The notes below the pieces were generated by a model. It was given only the letters and a program-made list of their open reading frames with translations. It ran no database searches and was not told the DNA's origin. A stretch of 64,000 bases of DNA from Phoronis australis (lineage: Eukaryota > Animalia > Phoronida), in NCBI GenBank assembly GCA_002633005.1, contig NMRA01000713.1, positions 1,139 through 65,138 of the forward strand, given 5' to 3'. The position numbers and the translations under genes were made by a program. Of the stretch, positions 29,455-40,100 are shown piece by piece. Positions within the stretch are counted from its first letter, which is position 1, and each line of letters begins with the position of its first letter.

Positions 29455-29649
29455 GGCAGAACAAGGACCGTCGTGTCCTCTGAGTAATAATAGTCCTAGG
29501 TAAATCTAAGCACGTATTTTGATTGGCGGTCTTACTCTGTACCTAAAAGTAAAATGATGTATGACATACTGTAATACTGCTGTCCAGGCACTGTACTAGC
29601 ATCCCTAAAACGCGCAGATCAACATAACGCGCAGAACATACGTATAGTC

Positions 29650-29765
29650 AGGATACCTATCGTCGTCAGGCTCCAAAGGTCGTCCGCCATCTTCTTTCGC
29701 GTGCAGCGCAGCCACGCGGGACTTAGCGTTCCAATTTGGAGTGCTCGTCTGCACGTTAGGTACTA
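29650..29765. promoter_or_regulatory. Candidate bidirectional promoter and first exons of PIK3C2A (-) and nucleobindin (+)
   Basis: Locally GC/CpG-rich, with YY1-type motif CCGCCATCTT at 29684-29693. Minus-strand donor AG|gtatcc at 29656 and plus-strand donor AG|gtacta at 29760. Both genes' first coding exons begin at splice acceptors (20654, 31173), so upstream exons are needed. Confidence 0.6.
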
Positions 29766-31195
29766 ACCTCTCGGGAGAAACATGCATGGAAGAACTGAGA
29801 CTAAAATTAATGCATTCACCGACTGTTCTTTTGAGACCACTTAAAAACTTGCAGATTTTACTGATGCACTTTTTTGTTTATTTTCAGAAGATATTTTCGA
29901 AATTAAATTGTATTCAGACTGAACAAAAAACAACTCAGGGATTGTTTATGCAATGTATCTATTTGTCCCAGGCACTAACCGACACCTATTAGGCCAAAGG
30001 AAAAACTCAGCAGACAAAGGCAACACGCTGGGTGTTTAACAGTTTCAGCCCATGCCTTGGCCTCCAAAATGTTGTCCACTTGTTTTTTGTTGCAAAATGA
30101 AGTACTGAGCTCAACATTTATGTTGAAATTTTTGGTTAAAGCATTTTGAATTTATTTGAAGAAAATTAAAATACTTGCATTGATTGAGAATGGTCGCCAT
30201 TAAAATAAACCATTGACTTTATTTCACAATATTGCATTGTTACATAAAACACAGCTTGACATAATCAAAAATAAAAGAAGAGACTGAGCAATAGAATGCA
30301 AATACAACTTGGGTATTTATTTTATAATATTTATTTATGACTGCAGAAGCCTGTTAAAGGTGAGAAAAAGTCAAACAATACGATATTGGGTAATTTATCA
30401 GAACAACTGTATCAAGGTTCAATGATCAACTTGCACCGACAAAGTCTCAAGGGTTACAGTTCTGTTTTGGCTGACAAGGTGTTAACAGAGAATGAAGAAA
30501 TACTGAAAAGAAAACGAATGACAGCAGTGATAAGTGGTGTTAAGAACAACAAGAGCAAAAAGTCAAATGAAGAAGACACAAATAGAAAATAAGTAAGGTC
30601 TATCTGGAATAAAACAATTGCGATTTGTTTTCCAGAACTGAAATTCTAAATGAATTTTAATCGATTTAAAAATGGATATAATACTAGTAAAACAGTTTGT
30701 GGTTGAAGTAGAATTGCTGTAAACCTCTTTCAACTATTTTCTTGGCCTTTTTCTGTGTGGTTTTCTGTTCTTTCAAAAGGCGGCAGCATATGACGACCAT
30801 TGGAGTCATTATAAAGTGGTTGCCGAAAAGCAATGCACAGATCAAACAACTCGGCATAAATAAAACTTTTGAATCAACTAATACTGTGGATTTGTGAGAG
30901 TCAAATCAAGTTCTATTCAGAGCATAACTTTGAAGTAGAATAATTGGGTGAGTACGACAACAAGCCAGTTTTATGCTTAGGCAGACGACCTTTGGGTTCC
31001 CGAGTATACTGCGTCTACAATTTACAATATGTTCGGTCGGATCTTATTCTTAATCTATAAAATAGTAAATACCATTAAATTGGCTTTAATGTACGGTAAA
31101 TCGTGACTTAAGCCTTGTTGCTAATAACTAATGAACCTGTTACAAAACTTTGACTTTCATACTCTATTTTAGCTGTAACTAGAAAGCCCGCAGTG

Positions 31196-34100
31196 ATGGT
31201 TTGTTACTGGCGTCTCATTACACTGTGCATGGCACTGCTTCCTGTGGTGTTGTCGGCACCAGTGAAGCCAAACGCAAAAGACGGTCCTGAAGAAAAGCGA
31301 GAGGTAACACATGCTCTGATGTGAATGTTGATCCCATGCAGGATCATCTTCCTGAATGCTATGACATCAGCAGTGAGAAGACGCCACATTCTAATCAAGC
31401 CTATATGCTGGAAAATTTTCTGCGAATTAAGCTTAACTCTAGATAAATTTTTATATTACTACACATACATTTCGAGTGTAAATAGAAACCTATGAGGCAG
31501 TTGGGATCTTTAAATCCATCTAGCCGTGTCAAATACTCTGGCAATCAACATTTTTTTTCGAATAGTCCCCGAAATTAAAACTAAGTTAAATGCCTTACGG
31601 CCAGTGTGCTCGAGATCAAATGAAAATGTACGGGAAGGTTATGTGGAGATCACCTGCCATTTCGAGAGGTGGCAACACAAACAGGGCAACTGTCTAGGCC
31701 TTCAGCAGATGAAGAAGATTTGTGGTGAACAATATTGACTGGAAAGATGTTGGTTCTCTACGAATCTGCAAAGACATATGTTGACATGGTTATGTTGAAT
31801 TTTCCACTAATGTACAGTAATTGCCAAATCGTCATTTTTCCATTTTTCATGTGGCGCACTGTTGATTATCATAAATTTTGTAAGCGATGTGAGTTTCAGG
31901 AAATGTTCTATGACAGCTAAACATTGCATGCACACCTGTGAAAGACTGAAGTGTCCTTACTTTTGTTGAGAAATTTAGCAAAATAGAATTTCAATTGTCA
32001 GCCAACTTTCGATTTCGATGAATGTCTTGTACCATGTCATGCCAAAAATAATCGGACAAAAGACAGTTGTACAGCCATTATGATGAGGAATTCTACTTGT
32101 GGTCAGCCATATTGGTGGGGGATACCAGGTCATTCACTTGTCTGGTTGTTTTTTGGCATGTACTCTATGTTGGGTAGGGGTAAATTACTCTTAATAACGG
32201 GCATCTAGCTGGTTTTCGAAATGTGGTACCCCAAAAGTGACCATTGCTATAAGTTTTGTTGTCGAGTCAAATACAAGTTGTTCGTAAAACTAATGTTGTA
32301 TGATGGTTGGACCTTAGGGTGAAGATGACCAAGCTACAAACTTGGAATATGATCGTTACCTCAGGGAGGTAGTCAGTATCTTGGAATCTGACCCGACGTT
32401 CAAAAAGAAGTTAGAGGAAGCTAATATTACAGATATAAAAGTAAGTCTTTTTTCTATTTTAAATGAAATCCTGTGCAACTTATGCTTCTTAACTTTATGA
32501 TGTTTAGACAAAGTTGGATCTTTGTAGTCGGCGTTGTCCATGCAATCCAGCAATGGCTTGAAATTTCACTGGTTTATTTGGAAAATCTTGGAATTCCAGT
32601 TTTAAGCCCCATGCAGTGCTAACTAGGTCAATGTGACGCCGTAAATGTCCAGCTGGAATATAACAATTTAGTATGGACACTGATTTTCCTCGATAACTGC
32701 ATTTTCAGAAACTGACTTCCTTTGCTAGATGGAATTTGCCAAGTTACGAAACAGAGAAAAGCAACATACTTTCATGTTTGCTAAGAGGGGTTTCCCTGTT
32801 TTTAATTTAAACGGAAAGTTTCTAAGTTAGTACCTGTGAGCCTTGCTATTAAATCAGTTAATGAGCTCCACTCTGTCCGTAGCGTTGTGTTTGAGTAGGA
32901 TCGCTAACTCCGCGTAAATAAGAATCAGAAACAAAGGTTCCACCTCTAAATATGAACCGCAAAGACGATTGCTATTGTTTTTCAAAAACAGAAAAACAAG
33001 GTTTGTAAGTGTAGTTGTGGTGGATGACTTGGTGTCTCAATTATGGAGTGTGACGTGTTAAACCTTGAACATCTGAAACATTTGGAAAAGTGTTATGAAA
33101 TTGACATTAACATAAAAATTTGAGGACGTCTAGCATCATGGTAATAGTGCACACGTATGGGTTTGTGGATATCTAGCTGCAAATTACTTGGTATAGAGAC
33201 AGTAACATCTCGCCCATTTCAGACAAAAATAATCGCTAAAATTGGCCTTTTTTTCCTTATTCAGTGAATGCTCAAAATTCCCGAGTCATTGTATGATGGT
33301 AGCTATGATATAGATCTTTAAAAAGCACTTGCTTTGGCTCTATTAATCAATCTATTATGAAAAAATGAAAACATAAATTTCACTTGTCGGCCATATTGGG
33401 TCTTGAGTTTGTGGAGCAGCTGTTTAGAAATGGAGCAGTGTGTGCATACACTCTCGAAGCCCTTTATGTTGGTTGAAGGACGCGATGTCAGTGGTGCATT
33501 GTTGATGTTTACAGAGCGGTAAGATTGCCCGTCACCTGGAATTGGTGCAGCATGGGTACAGGAGTCAGCTGGACGAAATAAAGAGGAAAGAGATTGACCG
33601 TTTAAAAAAATACCACAAGCAGCAAGTGGAACTTAATAATGGTAGGTAATAGTCAGCAGTTACGGTTGTTTAATGCTAGGGTTCTTTATGTGTCTTCACA
33701 GTTAGAAATGAAATTAATACCACAAGCTGCAAGTGGAACTTAATAATGGTAGGTACGGTTGTTTAATACTCGGGTTCTTTATGCGTCCTGATAGTTAGTA
33801 GTGAGATTAATACTGAGTGCTCTTTAGGTAGTGGGACTATTACCTTGGGACATTCCGTTTTCTGCAATTTTGCGAGAGTTGGATGCTTTGATTTAATTTT
33901 GCATCGGTCTCAGAAAATCAAGTTGTGTCGCAGATAGGAAGATTTTAGTACTTTTTATGTCTACGGAGGTCATAGGTGTTATTTTTGGCTTTTAGTAAAG
34001 TTTTTGCTTTTATTTTATCCTCCATGCTTTGAACTTGTTCATTTTTATCTGCTGATGTGGCACTTAATAGAACTTTGTGTATTTATCAAGTCAAGACACA

Positions 34101-37100
34101 AGTTTTCTGGTAATCTCAGTAACCTCCGATTGGTTGCAATTTATGACCACTGATTGGTTGTGTAAAGCCATTAAGTGACACCTGATTGGTTTATCGCGAA
34201 TTCCTTTAAGTAAGTATGGAGGACTTTACTTGAAAGCAGGTCAAATGAATGCATTACCTATTTTGAAGGCAGTTTTGGTCAGTTTACCATATCTCACTAG
34301 TTCCATGAAATTTATTTTTAAGTTTGTGAGTCGATTTCTGTAATTCGAAATTGATAAAAAGGACAATTTTGTCAATCTGAAGGTGTGAAACTATGGTCTG
34401 ATAACTACTCATTGGACGAGACTGTCTCCAATTTTCAGTCTCAGTATTGGTTCGTAACAATTAACAATTTGACTTGAGCAGTGATGCCAGGAACTGGTAA
34501 TAAAACTACAGTAGCCATTCAGACACACTGTGCTGGCATTGTGAAACGTGCTCACTGTGTCACCTTACTTCACTTCAGAAACCTGATTTTATTTTATTGA
34601 AATTCGTGAAAAATCGACTAAGAATAACTAAAGCATATCAAATTGACTAAAATTGTCTTCAAAGAGATCACATTTCCCTCTGTAGGTATTTGAATGTGTT
34701 AAAATGGGTATGAGTTTTATTGATAATGTTGAATTTATGGCCAAATATGCATTTTTGCGATATATTTTTTAAATATATTGCAGGCTGTCTGGTACACATG
34801 CACTCTGATAACCTGAAACCATTTTTTATTAATATATAAAAACCGAAGTGAGGGGCTAGAGGCCTGACTCAAGGGTCTCCCAGTGCGCCCCATTGGGACT
34901 TGGCTTCACGACCTTCCATAAGTGAAGTGGACACTTACCCTCTAGGCCACACTGCCTCTTCAGATATATTGTTAGATGGGATAGACTTCCGGAAGATATT
35001 ACCTTTGAGCGGATTTGTTTCATTGTGTTTTTGTGATTTGATTTAAAAATTGTCATTTTTTGTTATTGTCTGTCAGACATTTGCTGAAATTAAGACCATT
35101 GACTTTACCAGTTGAGTACGCTTAAACCACCCTGCTATAGATCAAGTGGTTCCAACTTCGCCAGCAGAGCGTTAGACTGCAACTGCGCCTATTACAGATT
35201 TGATTTCGCACTGAGACCGATCTCAGAAAGTGACTCTTTGCCGATTATGTCCCTTTTGAGGATGCTATAAACACGACTTCTCTCGATAACTATAACTTTG
35301 CTTTTAGACAATTTTTCCTTAGAAAATTTCCCTAAGGTAATTCTTACTCAGGTGTGATCTGACCTCTGTCTTTGAAAAGAACTATGTAGTTGAATGTTAC
35401 TTGAGACATAGCTCAGTTAGCGATGTCTGTCGTGGTCGGTCGTTTTGTGTGCCAAACCTAAGCTGAAGCAGCAATGAACTATTATTATCCAAGCTCTGAA
35501 ATCACTTCTCATAGGAGTAAAGAACATTGTCAAGCTAATGAGTTTAGTTTTATAATATTGTTGAGTTAGTCTAAAATAGAAAATTTATTTGATAGAATGT
35601 ATGTTTTATAGCTGTTTCAAAGTTATGATAAAAATCGACCCCGTTTTGTCTGACAAATGTCTTCGTTTTTAAGGACATTCTGATCCAAAATAGGCATTGA
35701 CGTGTTCTTGAGAAATGATATACGGACATAAAAATAACTGACTTGTTGTTTGAGAAGAGCTTTGATGAGATGGATTGACCCAGCATTTATACATACACCA
35801 TCATGGGTTATGTATTAGTTACTTCTTAAAATGTCTGTTCTTCTCAAGACTGGAAATCACTTTTGATCTAAGCAATAAACAATATTTCTGTTGTGACCGG
35901 TTTTATAAGACAAGGATTGTTTATGCGACATATGGTGGTTTAATAATTACAGCTTTACTTTTTGTATTGTTAGTACGGTAATTCCCAACTTATTTAGCAT
36001 AAGAATAATAGCCAAAATTGACATTTCTAATTTTTCAATTATGGTTGATTATGTTTTTGCAAATAATGGGAACCAGATGTTGTTTATGACATCTACACAC
36101 TGCACACAGAATAGAGTTTCACTTGTGGGCCATGTTGTGTTCTAGATATGTGAAGAATCAGGGTTGTAGTTGATACATTTTGAAAATTATCTTGTACTGT
36201 ACTAGGATTGCAGTAACCGTTGGATTTTTGATGAAGATGATTTAGTATATTAAGAATGGAAGACTTTCAAATAGCAACTTGGCGACTGGTCACATGTGCC
36301 TGGATACCAGAGGCATTTTATAACTTGTTTAAAACAAATTCCCTGTATTTACATACACTTGTTAAACTGTTCCCCTAGGCCAGCCGCTACGAAGACAAAG
36401 TAGCTTCTGGTTCAGCAGGGTGACGATACGAGTCCCAACCCCCATTGCCTCCTGAAAGTCTCCCATTTGAATATTAATGAAATGGTCAGTCACTAGTCTA
36501 ATGTTTTATCAATCAACCTAAAGTGTTTATTGAACACATCATGTTTTCATTTTCAAGCACTCTATCGAAACAAAAACCTTAGAAAAGCGCTCAAAGGTAT
36601 CAGTCATCTGTGTTGAACAAGTGTGTGGCGTGTATGCACAGTATTTCTAAATTCCACTGTTTGCTTTTCACTGTCTTGCTGCCTTTCAAACTAAGAGTTT
36701 CCACTGCAGGTAACAGTTGTTCACACCTTAAAGCCTAACGGAATTTTGTTATTTTAGATGTATTGGGCTAACCAGATAGTCCTAGCAAAGCCTTAGTAAA
36801 ATAAGAAAACGAGAGTTCAATCACGCAAATGTAAGCCGGTCAAATGATAAGTGGAGCTGCCTTTTCGTGCCATGTTGCGTCACCGCGAGATCTCAGCACA
36901 AACAACAAAAGGTTGTATTGAATAGGGGACTGAATAGAACACCATTGCGTGCTGGTGTTATTTGCAGCTGTTTGAATTAAAAGGTGATTCTCGCGGTGAC
37001 AACAAAAGCAAGCCAATACGCCTAACAGTTCCTTACATTTGACAATTTATAGCACTAGTGGGCTCAGAGGGATGCTCTTAAGATTCTGTAGTAACCAAAT

Positions 37101-40100
37101 TTTCAGATGTTACCATTGGAGATAGGCTTAAAGTCTCAATGCAGTCTCATGGTGTATTTATTTTATTGAGGTCGAGTATTTTGGAGATCGTCATTAGCCT
37201 ATTTGAAAGCTATTGGTGAAAAAGTGACGGGTTTATGGGGAAAGGGTTTAATTGTTTGCTGGTTGTGTCGGTATCACTATGTGCAGCACATTTCTCGTGA
37301 GTGCTAATCCACGTTTCAGTTTTAGACATTTAACTCTTAACAGACGAGTGCATACTTTCTCTTCTTGGCTTACTAAATACTGTCTAATTTCTTAGTAACT
37401 TTTTAGTAGTTGTTTATTGAAACAATTTGGTGCAGAGTTCGTTGTTTGATAATTTTTTTCTGCATTTCTCATATTGTTTATTATAAATAGGTAAATAAAA
37501 CAACATTAGAATGGATCACCTGAAATTTTCGGATATAATAACGTCCTTTGTCAACAGAAACAGATATAACGTAAAATCAAACACTATATGACAATTGACA
37601 TTTAAGATGTGGAGTAATATTGTTTAAAATTACTCCTTGAGTGCCAATCGCATCTGTGCAGTAGGTCCCCGAGCGACATCGTTAAAAGAAAAACAAAAAA
37701 TTGCAAACCTGTCCGTATGATCCTACGGTTTTGCTATGTTTATTTTCATACAAATTATTTTGATGTAAGTCTAATAAAATAACAGGAGTTTTGTGTTTGT
37801 GGTTGCATTATTTTGGTTATGGTCTTGCCTTAAGAGAATCTGATTCATCCCGAGATTAAAGTTTCCAGCGCCACAATTTTCACTGACAGTTCTTGAGTAT
37901 ACTGCTGAAAACCACCTCAAAAGATTGCATTTTCCACTTCACGCCCTTTATGGACCAGTTTATCTGTTCTAGTTGAAAATCTGAAAATTCCGGAGCACAT
38001 CGATCATCGAAACTCTGAGACGTTCGAAGAAGAAGATTTAAGAAAGTTAATCCTCAAGGTATTGTGTTAGAAGTTGAGAGTTACGCAGACATGGTGTCTG
38101 TGTGCCAGGAAAGTCATTGTTAATGTTCTGTGTTGATATGTCAAAGCCTGTATACTCAAAGATTTTTCATTTTTCATCCCAAAAATTAAAGTTTTACCTC
38201 GCAGAAATTTTCGTCGGCTGCCATATTGATTTGCCGTCTTCATCAGTGATCACTAGGTGGCGGCAGCACATGGCAGACGACAAAAATTTATGTGAGGTAA
38301 AACTTTGATTTTTGGGAGGAAAAGTGAAAAAAAATTTGGGAGGAAAAATGAAAAAAAAAAAGTTAGTATACCGAATATGTACCTTCCTGGTGAAGCTGTT
38401 TACTGACTGTCAAACTGGGTTTAAGTTTTATCTGGTGTCAGTGGCAGTTGTGTTGTTTGAGGGGAGCCTGTAGTTGTCCCTTCTCAGCAAACCAGTGGTG
38501 AGAGGAGTCGATTCTATAACTGTTCTTCTATTTGTTTATTAATTTAAAGCCGGCTACACCTGCGACTGTTTAGTTATGATGAAAATAGCATGAAGTAGGT
38601 CGTTTATGAAGTTTGGTAGGCACTTTGGCTAAGTTTAAAAACGTACGAGAAAAGCACACGGGTACGCACGCTTATTACATTGAAGTTGGTATGTGTCAGC
38701 AAATGGGATACTACCATCAGACGTGGTATGTCACCGAGTGTGTTGTTATTGTTGTTGCCTAGGCAACGGCTGACCTGGATGCCGTGGATACCAAGAGGAA
38801 GGAAGAGTTCAAAGAGTACGAGATGGAGAAGGAACACGAGAGGCGAGAGAAGCTGAAGGCCATGAATGAAGAGCAGCGCAAGGCAGAGGAGAAGCGAATG
38901 GAAGAGTTGAAGAAGAAACACGCTGATCACCCCAAAATAAATCATCCGGTAGGTAGCGGCTAACTCTTGGACCGTCACATAGATGGCGTCCTTGGCATCC
39001 AACTGGACACTGTGGGTCAAATTTAGAAATCCTGGCTAGGACGCCCTGCTCAGTATTTGAACACCCAAGTAAAGAATTAAGAAAGTCCGTTACTTGCTAA
39101 CAACTTTGGGAGCTCATTGGTGTGTTCAGAATAACAAAGTTGGTTAAGATTATGATATCAGACGCGACAAACTTAATTACCGACCCATGACTCCACCGTA
39201 ATGCTGTGTCACAGCAATTTGACTTAGTGCCATAACAATACACTGGATGGCCTATGAGAGCCTCCAAAACTAGGCATTGGAGGATGTGGTATGGCATACT
39301 ATAAGGAATGACCAGCTTATGTGAAAAGACTAGATATGAGGTATTTTACATCATCAGCTCACAAACCATCGGTGCATATTTGACAGAAGCTATTATCATT
39401 ATTTTGTGATTTCAGTTTCCAGCGTCATGTGATGGCGCGTTCCCATTAAATTGGTATTGCTCGACACAGGTAATGGTATGCAGGTTACAGTGTAGCTCAA
39501 TACAGTTCAGTACAGTACAGTTCAGTACTGAAACAGTACCAATATAGTAAGGTATTGTGCAGTACAGTGGAGGGGAGCAGAGTATGTTACTTTATAAGCC
39601 GTGTTGTAACACGAGTTTGCAATTTCAGGGCAGTAAAGATCAACTGAATGAGGTATGGGAAGAGGGTGACGGCATGAAAGGCGAGGAATTTGATCCGAAA
39701 ACATTCTTCAATATGCACGGTATAGTCAGCTCTTTTGAAAAAATGATAATTTGTCGCCTCGTGTGGCACCACTCATTTGTAATTAATTACTAGTAACAGA
39801 AGTTTGCATTCATAATGTATGTGAATTTTAAACCCATTAGGGCGCGGCACTCGTCAACACCTGTCTGGCATCTCATGCTGGTATCACCAAAACTCCTTGA
39901 TGGATGGAACAGGTAGAGCGAATTCTTGAATGGCCTCAACTGTCGCTGTATTAGTTTCTTCATTAACTAAATGAGTTCTTAGACCGATTTTTGTGAAGTT
40001 TGGCAAACAGTTATCCATAATTGAGGCAATGACAGATGTCCATTTTCAAATCGATTTTATGTAATCTGCACTGTCTGTTTCTTGGTGCCCGCCTCTCTAT

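Noticed and set aside
29648-29656. Possible U12-type donor (GTATCCTG) on the minus strand
   Set aside because: Departs from GTATCCTTT, and no TCCTTAAC branch site precedes the acceptor at 20654.
38604-39020. Hydrophobic 138-aa minus-strand ORF
   Set aside because: Antisense shadow of the Glu/Lys-rich nucleobindin exon 38763-38948.
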